The notes under the pieces are model-generated. The model ran no database searches and was not told the DNA's origin. It saw only the letters and a list, made by a program, of their open reading frames with translations. Shown here in pieces: positions 1-12,295 of a stretch of 64,000 nucleotides of DNA (the stretch's first letter is position 1; each line of letters opens with the position of its first letter). Made by a program: the position numbers and the translations under genes. Source of the stretch: Octopus sinensis (taxonomy: Eukaryota); NCBI RefSeq assembly GCF_006345805.1, contig NC_043000.1:129642001-129706000 (forward strand), in the 5' to 3' direction.

Positions 1-243
1 TATCGTCAGCTGACCGGTGTCTGCTACTCTAGGCCGACGAAGGACAATCATCCTGAAACACGTGTCCCTAGATGCAGCCCGGGCGGCTGGGGGTATTTGT
101 CTCCCCTTCGTAAATGTATATATGGACACAGAAAATATGTGTCAAAGCCATCAGGAGGCGTCGATGCTTCCTAGGGTTAAACAGCGGTGGTGTACCCCCT
201 ACTGTCACGTTCGTGTTAGATTGACAGTATACAACCATTCTTA

Positions 244-420
<177 letters not shown>

Positions 421-862
421 AAAACGAACAAAATAGCAAAGTAAAGCAAGAACGTTGATGGAGAGTGAATTCCGGATGGCTGCTGGCTTAGGAGAGGAAT
501 TATTAGCTGAATGTGTGATCTAGGAGGTGAGGGTGAGTCAGATAGAACAACCGGAGAACTCACGAGTTATCGCGACACAGTGAAGCAGCATCTGGTCGTT
601 TGATCTGCTAGAAATAGCAAGCAAACCTCTTATAGATTACATTCTACTGTCCTAATTATGATGTCAACCAATTTTTTGCTGCATTATCCTGTACTAGGTT
701 AGTGAGAGTAGGGCGTGTTTGGTACAGACGCAGTTCGTACTTTTACAGCGTCGTTGAAAGACTACGAACTACCAAATCTCTGGCCAGATGTTACAGCATT
801 TCGACCGTTTTTGCATGTTGGATCTCATAAATCGTGTTATTAGGTACAATTTCAACATATTA

Positions 863-1165
863 GGTGCGTGGCTTAGTAGTTAGGATACCCTGCTCACGAT
901 TGTAAGATCACGAGTTCGATTCCTGGCAGTGCGTTGTGTTTTTGAGCAAGGAACTTTATTTTACCTTGCTCCAGTCCACTCATCTGGAAAAAATGAGTTA
1001 GACCTGTATTTCAATGAGCCAACCATGTCAAATTCAGTGTGTCACGCTGAATCTCCCTGAGAACTACATTAAGGGTACGTGTTACTATGGAGTACTCAGC
1101 CACTTGTACGTTAATTTCACGAGCATGCTGATCCCTTGATCATATCATCTGGAACACTCGATGGT
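863..1165 (+). mobile_element. tRNA-derived SINE, family A
   Basis: A box (TGGCTTAGTAGTTAG) and B box (GAGTTCGATTCC), followed by the GCGTTGTG...TTGAGCAAG..ACTTTATTT core. Confidence 0.75.
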
Positions 1166-2273
1166 GTAGTAGTGCTATGCATTTTGTACAATGTATATTT
1201 TGAGGCGATTTTTCACAATTTTTAAAAATACTGATATTGATATTCAAATATTCCACCTGCTAGAGGTGATGATGAGGACGATGATGGTGACAGTAAAGGA
1301 GAAGATGATGAACTGAAGATAGAGATGATGATGATCATAACGATGGTAATATCATTTTTGCAGTTACTGATACTGCTGCTGACAACGATGATGATGATGA
1401 TGATGATGATGGTAATTGTTATAATGGTCATGAAACTCATATTAGTGATACTGAAGATAAGATGATGGGAATGGAAAAGATGTTGTTGTTGATGATGACG
1501 ATGATAATAAAAACGAAATATCAAAAAAAAAAAAAAACAACAAAAAAAGGAAAAAAAGAGAAAAATATTGTAATAAGTGTTTCGACGGTGAGCTTCCTGC
1601 GAGGCAATTACATTTTGGTAACGTAATGTAATTGTTGATGGTGATATAAATTATATTTTCCTGCTTGGACAATTATGAACATTTTAATTAGGTATCCACA
1701 CACACTAATTACACTATATATTCACGCACTTTAATGTACTCGATACTGGAATAATGGATCACGTGACTGTGCATTAAAATGTGTTCTCAATATATATATT
1801 ATATATATATATATACACATATACACAGATATACATATATATATATATGCATATCTGTTATATGTGTGTATATATATATATAAATGTACGTATGTATATA
1901 TAACTATACCAATGTATCTACCTATTATTTTTATATGCCCTTACATATATAAATGCAGACACACACATACAAACACGCACACACACACACACACACACAT
2001 CTGTGTAAGCATGTACGTATAAATGTTAGGACTATAATATCTAATGTATACTGTATACGAAGAATGTAATTTAGGTGGGGGAGAATTTGTCGCTATTTCT
2101 CTCAGATCGAGTAACTACGTAGAAACTCCGCCATTGGCTTGTAGTTTTGTCGTTATTAGCAAATATATTCGGTTTTGTTCAGTCAATTCTATTGCGTAAT
2201 AGAGCCAACTGGCTCTCATATTAACAACAATCGACTAGAAAGAAAACGTGTGTTATACGAAGCCTCAAATATA

Positions 2274-2358
<85 letters not shown>

Positions 2359-3670
2359 GTCTGTCTGTCTGTCTGTCTATCTGTCTATTTATCTAACTAC
2401 CTATCAACATACACACATCATACACATATGCATATATATATGTATGTATATATATGCATGCCTGAACACGCGCATTCAGCTACACACAAATACACACACA
2501 TATATCAGAATAGAAAATGAAGTACCAATGAGATTTGGTAGCACAAAACTATAACGTTTCTGTCGCTAGCAGCTCCAAAGCCCATTATCTCGCAATTGAC
2601 AATTCGCGATAACAATGTCGGACAATGTAAACTTGAGAGCTATCTGCTGGACAAGATGATTATAAGCTATTTGTTGGGCAAGATGATTCACCATTGACCA
2701 TGATATTTCATACACTCGTAAGCTACTGTTTTAATTTCAAATCTCAGGGGTTTAACTTTTTCTCCTATGCGTCTGTGATCTGTGAATTATGTGGCTGTAT
2801 TAAATGCCAATGTATACTAAACATATGTGATATTGACCCCAATATATATAAGGTCACATATAGAAATATTCAGACGCCTACACGACATTATGTTTTCGTG
2901 AATGTAATATCAATCCTCATACACAAATTCACACGTGCACACACACACACACACACACTGATGGACACTTATACACGCACACTCACACACATACACATCC
3001 ATGCTCGCCACCCACCCCTGCCCCGTCTGTTCTCCCCACTCCCTCTCTCGCTATCTGTCTGTCTGTCTCTCTCTCCCTCTCATGCACACATAAACACACA
3101 CACATACAAAAATTTCCTTGTGAATTTATCTGGAGAGAAGATATTAGGGCAGTTTCGAAATTACTTTGTAGTTTTGCCAACCATTCCTGGCTACAAACTC
3201 AATTACTCGACACCAACCTACGACCCACGATACAAACAATTTTAGAGAAACAAAACAAAACAAAAACAATAAGGGGATATCTACGTAGTGGATTGAGCTG
3301 CTAGAAATAGCAGGCAAATTTACGCAAATCACACTGCACTTGTTTAAAATGAAAGGCCTGTTCAAGGTACTACACTGTGGGATTGGACCGGAGTTTTCTG
3401 AGCTTCTTAGACGGACAGCAATGCCTGCATTTGTATTGATAAAAGAAGCGACGGCCAGGCTTCAAACACTTTTGATCACACTTCTGTCTATTCAAAGATG
3501 AACAAGAAATAGACAACAACAACTGCACTAGTTGCAGCTGCAACAACAACAAACTTATAGATTTATTTATCATGCAATTCACTCATTTATTTACATTCTC
3601 ACTCAAACCTGTACACTCGCACGTACAAGAAAATATACAAACGTGTTAAATATGCACGTACAAATATATC

Positions 3671-4067
3671 CTTTTCTACTCTAGGCACAAGGCCCGAAAT
3701 TTCTGGGGAGGGGTCCAGTCGATTAGATCGACCCCAGTACGCAACTGGTACTAAATTTATCGACTCCGAAAGGATGAAAGGCAAAGTCGAACTCGGCGGA
3801 ATTTGAACTCACAACGTGACGGCAGACGAAATACCTATTTCTTTACTACTCACAAGGGGCTAAATGCAGGGAGGACAAACAATGACAGACATACAGATTA
3901 AGTCAATTATATCGACCCCAGTGCGTAACTGGTACTTGTTTAATCGTCCCCGAAAGGATGAAAGGTAAAGTCGACCTCGGCGAAATTTGAACTCAGGACG
4001 TAGCGGCAGACGAAATACGGCTACGCATTTCGCCCGGCGTGCTAACCTCTCTACCAGCTCGCCACCT
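3671..4067 (-). mobile_element. SINE family B, head-to-tail dimer
   Basis: Two GTTCAAATTCCGCCGAG.TCGACTTTGCCTTTCATCCTTTCGG units in tandem on the minus strand. Confidence 0.8.
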
Positions 4068-4770
4068 TATGCGAAATATACTGTCAAAGCAGACATACGC
4101 ATGCGTTTATAGACAAACGCAAACATGCACGACAGCCATTCAAACGCGTTTTAAGGCAAACTGCAAATGTCGGTGAAACACCATCGTGTACTTTAGAAGA
4201 AAAGCCGCTCTTATTTCGTGAAACAAGCAAAAAGAAACACGCAAGAAATATGACGAATGAAGCTGAAAAACTAGGAGGAATGTGAAAAACCGAAATAAAA
4301 TAAATGAATAAATGAATAAATAAATAAATAAAATAAAAATTTTCTTGGAAGATAATCAGATTGGTTTCTACTTTGTATATGTGTGTGAAAAACAGATAAG
4401 TGTGCATGTATATGCTTATACATACACACACACGCACACATATGCATAAGCATGTCCACATACACACGTGTGTGTGTGTGTCTGTGCCTGCATATGTGCA
4501 TGTCTGTGCACCTGCATAGGTTTATACGCATAAGTACACACACACACACATATATATATAAATTTATATATATATATATATACATGTATGTATACTTTAC
4601 ACACACAGACACATTCTTATGTGTGTACTTATATTTATATAGTGCGCATATATATATATATAATATATATATATATATGTGAATATATAAATATATATGC
4701 ATGTGTGTGCGTGCATGTTTATATGTATATGCATTTGTGCGCGTGTATAATATATATATATATATATATA

Positions 4771-4810
<40 letters not shown>

Positions 4811-5228
4811 CATGTATGTGTGTGTACATGTATGATTATGTAAATATATTTATATATACATACACAGGTTTGTGTACATGCATGTTTATGTATATATGTG
4901 CACGTGTGTCTACGTGTATGTTTATATATATATATGTATATATACATATATGCGTCGATGTATATCCATATGTGGCATGTGTTATGTGGTATTGTGTTTT
5001 GCTGTTATGTAGGAGACATTTATTTTTTAATTGTTGTTCTTGGTATGCCGCCAAAGTTTATTCTTCCCATGCATTCGACTGCTCTCTAAGCATCATTGTT
5101 CCGTTCTTTCAATTTCTTTCCCTTTCTAAATTTCTGCTTATCTGTATGATCGTGTTTGTCTATCTTATACCTTATCTAACTATCTAACCATCTATCTATT
5201 TCATACTCTATAAATTTACCTTCAGTTA

Positions 5229-5291
<63 letters not shown>

Positions 5292-5422
5292 CCCATCTAT
5301 CTATCTAGTTTGTTAGCTAGCTATTTATGTTATTTCGTATACTAGAAGCACGTCTTCTTTGCACATATGCACACGTATATATATATATACATACATATAT
5401 ATACACATACATACATACATAA

Positions 5423-5740
5423 TTTTCTTTTATTCTTTCTCTCTAATTTCAGCTCAGAGCTGTGGCCATGCTGATGCACCGCCGTTTTGTTATTACTAAG
5501 AGCCTCCTCTAATATGTGGCACTTAGTGAAGCATGGAGTTTGATATAGCTACCCTCATTTGCACCTCTTCCCGTGAGGTAGGTTCATCTGGGACTCTCGA
5601 CCGGAAGAGGTCCAGCTTTGATTTAAAAACCCTACATCTACTTTGTGTAAGTTCCTCAGACTCTTTGGGAGAATATTAAAAAGCCGTGGGCCCTTGAAAC
5701 CCAGGCTGTTGCAGTAACTGGTCCTGAAGCGTGATGGCAT
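5423..5740 (-). mobile_element. 3' end of a CR1/L2-group LINE (ORF2 C-terminus, 3' UTR and tail)
   Basis: ORF 5555-5740 reads SLGFKGPRLFNILPKSLRNLHKVDV, a typical CR1/L2-type ORF2 C-terminus. It is followed by the tail GGCGGTGCATCAGCATGGCCACAGCTCTGAGCTGAAA and an A-rich end. Confidence 0.7.
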
Positions 5741-5966
5741 TGCTATATCTCTCTCTCTCTATATATATATGAATGTTATTCACAAAACTTGACCCAGTAC
5801 GTATGTTGATATATGCATATTCAAGCAAATACATATGAAAGCCTATACGAACAGATACTTCATTCTCTTTGTCTCTTTGTCCTCCACCTTGCTCTCTCTG
5901 TAGATGTATATATATGTGTGCATTTTTGTATATAGGCATCTCTCTCTCTCTTTCTCTCCCTCATAC

Positions 5967-6025
<59 letters not shown>

Positions 6026-6118
6026 CGCGTGTATACTCTGTCTTTGTATCTGGTTTGTAAGATTCAGTGCGTGTGTTGATATTGGCATAATGTCGCAACA
6101 ATATATATATATATATAT

Positions 6119-6678
6119 TTATTATATAAAATCCATTCTGTCTGTCTGTGCGTGTCTTCTAGGATCTCGGGCATTCTCCATCCGATTGCGCTCAAATTTG
6201 ATATGTCGGTACCGACGGTATCGGGGCGTGTATAAGTCTTGAAAAAATTACAAAAATCGATTCCAGGGGAGAATGCAATCGATAAAGCCGTGGGAACGTG
6301 CACTTGTACTCGCGAGTACATCAGCTGTTGCGATCGATACTACGCGTACGCGAGAAAAATGCACGTGCAGATTGCGCAAAAAAAGCCGGCTGGCTTGAAA
6401 AATGCTACAAAATACAGTATATTTAAGAGACCAAAAAAATAAGATGCAAAAGAGATATTTTGTTCATACTTGGCATGAAGGAAGGAAAGACTATCTGGTT
6501 TCTCAAGACATTTTTTTGCCTTAACTTCGGTTAACAAAACCAAAAATTTCATTGAAATAAAGAATGCTTAATTATTTTTCAATGAAAAGAAAACACTGAT
6601 TGCTTTTTATTCAGCAGATATGATTCAGCACCTTCCATTGCTCGGGGGGCGTTCTGCTCGTACGTATATGTATATATA

Positions 6679-6735
<57 letters not shown>

Positions 6736-7497
6736 TAAAAAGGGGTTTGTATGATTGTGTATGGAGGGAAATATATTATTCAAAGAAATTCCAACTCTGT
6801 CTGTTTTTTATGTTTTATTTATATTCTTATAATATTAATGTAGAATATAGAATATATAGCATATAGTCACTTAATATTTTATATTTAGTATTTCATCTAT
6901 TCAATAAGACAACCAATACTTCGTTTCATTTTACTATATATATTATTATATAAAATCCATTCTGTCTGTCTGTGCGTGTCTTCTAGGATCTCGGGCATTC
7001 TCCATCCGATTGCGCTCAAATTTGATATGTCGGTACCGACGGTATCGGGGCGTGTATAAGTCTTGAAAAAATTACAAAAATCGATTCCAGGGGAGAATGC
7101 AATCGATAAAGCCGTGGGAACGTGCACTTGTACTCGCGAGTACATCAGCTGTTGCGATCGATACTACGCGTACGCGAGAAAAATGCACGTGCAGATTGCG
7201 CAAAAAAAGCCGGCTGGCTTGAAAAATGCTACAAAATACAGTATATTTAAGAGACCAAAAAAATAAGATGCAAAAGAGATATTTTGTTCATACTTGGCAT
7301 GAAGGAAGGAAAGACTATCTGGTTTCTCAAGACATTTTTTTGCCTTAACTTCGGTTAACAAAACCAAAAATTTCATTGAAATAAAGAATGCTTAATTATT
7401 TTTCAATGAAAAAAACACTGATTGCTTTTTATTCAGCAGATATGATTCAGCACCTTCCATTGCTCGGGGGGCGTTCTGCTCGTACGTATATGTATAT

Positions 7498-7557
<60 letters not shown>

Positions 7558-7770
7558 TAAAAAGGGGTTTGTATGATTGTGTATGGAGGGAAATATATTA
7601 TTCAAAGAAATTCCAACTCTGTCTGTTTTTTATGTTTTATTTATATTCTTTATAATATTAATGTAGAATATAGAATATATAGCATATAGTCACTTAATAT
7701 TTTATATTTAGTATTTCATCTATTCAATAAGACAACCAATACTTCGTTTCATTTTACTATATATATTATT
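6119..7770 (+). repeat. Head-to-tail tandem duplication, 824-bp offset
   Basis: Copies 6119-6942 and 6943-~7770 are nearly identical; identical ORFs at 6239/7063 and 6340/7164 are offset by 824. Confidence 0.95.
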
Positions 7771-7851
7771 TATACTATATATTTTATATTCTACATTAAT
7801 ATTATAAAGAATATAAATAAAACATAAAAAACAGACAGAGTTGGAATTTCT

Positions 7852-7858
<7 letters not shown>
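7599..7858. repeat. 84-bp inverted repeat with 92-bp spacer
   Basis: 7599-7682 is the reverse complement of 7775-7858 with one mismatch. Confidence 0.9.
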
Positions 7859-7889
<31 letters not shown>

Positions 7890-8339
7890 TATATATATAA
7901 CTTGCACAAGTGTAGACTGCTATCTCTCGTGGGTATGAACATTTTGGCAATATTGCTAGTCTGCACTTTCCGAAGTGTTATTTGATGGCATATACTTGTA
8001 TTTAGTATCTGACCGACGTGTTTACCCTTCTTATTTCGTATAACATTCATTTTATGTCACAATTTCTGTTACATCTCATACACTACTTTAAAATATCTGC
8101 AACATTATATATGGTCTTGTGCCTTAAGAGAAGGTGATTCACCTCATTAGCATTTCTTTTGTGAAAACCAGCATCGGAACGCTACAATTCGTCTCTTTGT
8201 GACTATTTTTATCCATTAGATTCAATAGTTCTTTGCTTAAAATACTGAGTAATTATTTCTTTATATTATAGGCATAGGGCCTTAAAGTTTTGAGGAGGGG
8301 GCCTATTGGATTATATGGCTCTCAAGTCTTCAACTTGTG

Positions 8340-8700
8340 CTTATTCCATCGACCATGAAAGGATAAAGGCAAAGTCGACCTTAGCAGAATTTGAACTCAG
8401 AACTCAGACGGACAAATTCTGTCGAGCATTTTGTCTGGTGTGCTTAACGATTCTGCCAGTTCCTCACATAAAAGTACTTAGCGATTATTTGTTTCTAATT
8501 TTGGCACAATGCCAGTAATTTCAAGGTAGGGTTAAGCGAATTACATGGACTCCTGTGATCAACTGGTACTTATTTTATCAACCCCGAAGGGATGACAGAT
8601 AACGTCGACCGTGACCGAATTTGAACTCAAAACATGAAGACAGGCGAAATATTGTTAAGCATTTTCCCGGTCATGCTAAATATTTTGCCAGCTCACCGCA
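8340..8700 (-). mobile_element. Two degenerate SINE family B copies
   Basis: AAAGTCGACC...AATTTGAACTCA motifs at about 8371-8400 and 8601-8630. Confidence 0.65.
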
Positions 8701-10284
8701 ATAATAATAATGATAATAATAATAATAATAATAATAATAATATACGCTGATGCAGTACCACGCAGTGGTTCTGATGTTAACTGATTGGAAGTGTTAGCAT
8801 GTACATTGATTTGTCTTGGTATAAAAGATGGACTATTCTGTTGAATACCACAGATTTGCTTCTCAGTTGTTTGAACTTAACCAGTTGAGCATCATGTCTC
8901 TTCGTGGCTGGCGATATGTGCTTCCCTGATCACGAGCAGAAGTAGTGTTGGGGAGCATCATAGCTATGTGTTGAGAGGAATTCTTTGGTGTTTGAATAAG
9001 ACACCTCTGGAGAAATGGGTGTTTAGTTTAACATCCTTAAACAACTCTTATTCAAGGACCTTTTGAGCAGGATGGGTTACTCGATCTGAAGAAAATTCTA
9101 ACTGGGCCCCACCTGCAAAGTCATGCGCTGTTTATATTGATATGAGATCACTATGTCGAGCCCATATGATTGTGATGCATATGCCTAGTGTACCCTTATC
9201 AGACGGGCAGTCATGATGGGTATACTGGATTTCGTATATTTGTACCCCAGTGTCATACTCTGCTCTCTCACTCATTAATAATAATAACTTCTCTTATTTA
9301 GTACAGGGGGTCAGATGAAGGAAACTTACAACGACAGGTTACAGTTTGTATATGTGTGTGTGTTGGGGATGGGGTGTACGCAAAATTAGCTGAAGAAAAA
9401 ACGTGCAAGGAATGAAATATGCGCAAAATATAGGACTACATGAATGATACAGTCCCCCTTGGCTAGAAGAGCCACCAACTAGAGCCAATCAAGTAGTTCT
9501 ATTGATCTAGGCTCAACCTAACTACCAAGAGTACGAGCCCTCGCTCAACTGCCATTTTCTAGTCCCTCACTCACCGTTTGACAAATTCATGTCCGTAACT
9601 GATCCGAATTGTATTTGATTCTGCCCAAGATATATTCCCATATATTATGCTGTATGGAGAAGACGTTATTTGATATACTTATTTCATAACTGTTATTAAA
9701 AAGTTAGTGGGGTGCAAACTATGGTTTGAATTTGATGCTGTTTTATGAAACTGGCTTCTCGAAATTAATGTAAATATATTTTCTACCACACATACTTGCC
9801 GTTGAGAAACCGAAATCATCAAGTTGTGATATTCATACCGCCACTTCCATTTTTTACTTAAATATTTATTAATTTCGAAAAGATATAAATTAAAATTAGA
9901 TTTAAATGTCGGGGGTTGTCAAACCGAATTAAGTTTCATTTTCGTTCACGTTGTTGCTCATTATTTTCCAAGGTTGGTAAATCCTACCAGAAACAAATTA
10001 TTGAGAATGCACTCATGAATATGCATCTAGTATGAAATTAGAGAGAATGACAACAAGTAAAAATGAAGTCACGGTAAACTGATATCATGACCCGGTTCTG
10101 AATATGTGCTGTAGCAATTTGACTTTCATTATTTATATATCTTATTGCACCGTTTAGTTCATGTTTTACAAGTTAGAACATATTTTGAATACATTATCCT
10201 AATCACTTATCTACTTTAGATTTGGAATTACAAATGGCTCAAACAATTTTAATTCCATCTCGGAAAGTTGGAAACCTACAAATA

Positions 10285-11488
10285 CAAGGTTGGGCATTAA
10301 GATTTCCCACATTTGGAGTGGGAATTATGCGGGCTGTAGTGGTGGTAGAGAGGCAGGACAGGTCTCGTCCAGCCTGGTAGGATCTATCATTCTTATTTTC
10401 TGCGTCAATTATTATAAAAATTTATTTCTCATTATAAAAATAACTGATCTGTAGTAGCGATGCAGCGAGCGTTCCGTAAACGCTTTTCGCTCGGTCCAAA
10501 TGTATCGCTACCAGATCGGAAAAAGACTTTGCACTGAATTTCTGAATTTTTAATCCACCCTAAAAAAAAATTACCTGACAGACTTAGGACAGTTAGAACT
10601 CTAGAAAATATGACAGTAAGAGCATTCATTAAGTAATCGCCAAAGCGTTCCGTTTGTAAGCATAGCCCTTGGGATATCAAGAAGGATCATGCATTTCAAA
10701 CAGCATCCCTACAAAATGTTATTGGTTCAAGAATTAATTGAGACAGATCATAACTGCAGAGCCGTATATGCGAATATTCTTGAACAAGTTCCCGCTGCAG
10801 CTGTTCTGAGTACCGATGAAGTCTCACCTCCATATCAATGGAGCCGTAAACAAACATAATTTTCGCTACTGGGCCGAAAATAATCTTCATGAACTCCATC
10901 AATGATCTCTTCACTCTCCTCGTGCTACTGTTTGATATGCAGTTGCCGACTTTGGTGTGATCGGCTCGTATTTTTTTGAAGAAGGTGGTGCAACAGTAGC
11001 AGTTACCTCCGGCCAGTACGTTGAAACGTTGGAGGCTTTCTGCACCCCAAACTGGACGATTTGGATACAGAATATATGTGGTTGCAACAGGACGGGGCCA
11101 CAGCTCACACAGCACGATGTTCGCTCGGAGTGTTGAGAGGAATGTTTCCTGGAAGTTTGATCTCTTTAAGGAGAGACGTAGGGTGGCCGCAAGGTCACTA
11201 TTTTAAAGCCCTAGTTTAAATTCTTGCGGATTTGAAAGAAAGGATCAGAGAGGAAATCGATGAAATTCCACCTGAGATGACAAGGAGAGTAATGAAGAAC
11301 TTTTGGCAACGACTCCATCAATGTATTGCCAACAATGGCCGCCATTTGTCTGATATAGTTTTAAAAACCCATTAAAGCAAAACTACTTTTTATGTACGTT
11401 TTTAGAAATATCATTTATTCTTTTTCTAGATAGTTGTATTTTTTTATATATCCATTCAAAATGTGGGAGATTCTTATGTTCCATCCTG
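10285..11488 (+). mobile_element. Decayed Tc1/mariner-superfamily transposon, maT/DD37D-like
   Basis: TA-flanked degenerate TIRs: 5' CAAGGTTGGGCATTAAGATTTCCCACATTT versus reverse complement of the 3' end CAGGATGGAACATAAGAATCTCCCACATTT. Transposase pieces read NFRYWAENN, GVIGSYFFEE, WLQQDGATAHTA and LKERIREEIDEIP...RLHQCIANNGRHL. The region of the third catalytic Asp (SPDL) appears deleted. Confidence 0.85.
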
Positions 11489-11494
11489 TATAAT

Positions 11495-11502
11495 ATGTAT
11501 GC

Positions 11503-11534
<32 letters not shown>

Positions 11535-11683
11535 GTTTGTATGCATGCATATATATATATATATGTTGTATGCATGCATATATATATTTATATATATATG
11601 TTTGTATGCATGCATATATATTATATATATATATGTTTGTATGCATGCATATATATATTATATATATATGTTTGTATGCATGC

Positions 11684-11720
<37 letters not shown>

Positions 11721-11733
11721 ATATTTGTATGCA

Positions 11734-11785
<52 letters not shown>

Positions 11786-11786
11786 T

Positions 11787-11819
<33 letters not shown>

Positions 11820-11850
11820 GTATGTATTATGTATGTATGTACGTATGTAT
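11495..11850. repeat. (TA)-rich minisatellite with recurring GTTTGTATGCATGC unit
   Basis: About six imperfect units of roughly 30 bp. Confidence 0.85.
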
Positions 11851-12099
11851 GTGTTTGTCCTCACACCGCTTATTAACTATGATGTTATGTTCACGGCTCC
11901 GAAACGTTGATAGAATATGTTCAAGACTTTATAAACAAATATATATACTAAAACCCTTCAAGGCAGTGCCCCAGCATGGCCGCCGACCAATGACTGGAGT
12001 TTGTAAAATAGAAACGATAAGTACTGTTAGTTATGGAAATGCAGTGGAGGGATACTCGGGAATGTTTTTATTTTACAATGCAAGCTATTGTATAATATA

Positions 12100-12295
12100 A
12101 GGTAGCGAGCAGGCCGAATCGTTTGCACGTCGGACAAAATACTTAGCGATATTTCTTCCAGTTCTTTACGTTCTGAGTTCAAATCCCGCTGAGATCAACA
12201 ATGCCTTTCATTCCTTGGGGTGGGGGTGGGGGGTCGATAAAATAAAATAGCAGTTGATTACCAGTGTCGACGTAATCCACTTGTCTCTTTCCCTT
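12100..12295 (+). mobile_element. SINE family B (degenerate)
   Basis: GGTAGCGAGC head, TTACGTTCTGAGTTCAAATCCCGC and GGGGTCGATAAAATAA. Confidence 0.65.

Larger units (their letters stand above)
6119..7959 (+). mobile_element. Helitron-like non-autonomous element with an internal tandem duplication
   Basis: The start TATTATATAAAAT..TCTGTCTGTCTG...CCGATTGCGCTCAAATTTGATATG resembles known Helitron/DINE-type non-autonomous heads. It ends GCAATATTGCTAG|T, with CTAG before T. Class assignment is by resemblance only. Confidence 0.45.

Noticed and set aside
4084-4272. Hydrophobic stretch FSASFVIFLACFFLLV as a possible tetraspanin TM4 exon
   Set aside because: Lacks the TM4 pattern (Q/E followed by G...C), has an atypical phase, and no EC2 CCG exon was found between it and the TM3 exon.
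6239-6552. Duplicated small ORFs (67-85 aa) in the tandem unit
   Set aside because: Identical only because of the DNA duplication; overlapping on both strands and no domain.
9330-9389. 60-nt exon-like segment with strong splice signals on the minus strand
   Set aside because: The phase-0 frame has a stop, and the open frame is partly (CA)n-derived with no protein similarity.
9575-9649. 75-nt exon-like segment on the minus strand with good AG and GTGAGT signals (IIYGNISWAESNTIRISYGHEFVK)
   Set aside because: Open only in phase 2/2, whereas the next tetraspanin exon must start in phase 0, and that frame has a stop. No resemblance to EC2. Cannot be supported without RNA data.
11383-12100. YI/CV/HT-rich ORFs here and at 4084-5187, 14298-15186, 43423-44169, 48288-48736, 50453-51097, 55480-56008 and 62166-63105
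   Set aside because: Translations of (TA)n, (TG)n and (TATC)n microsatellites.
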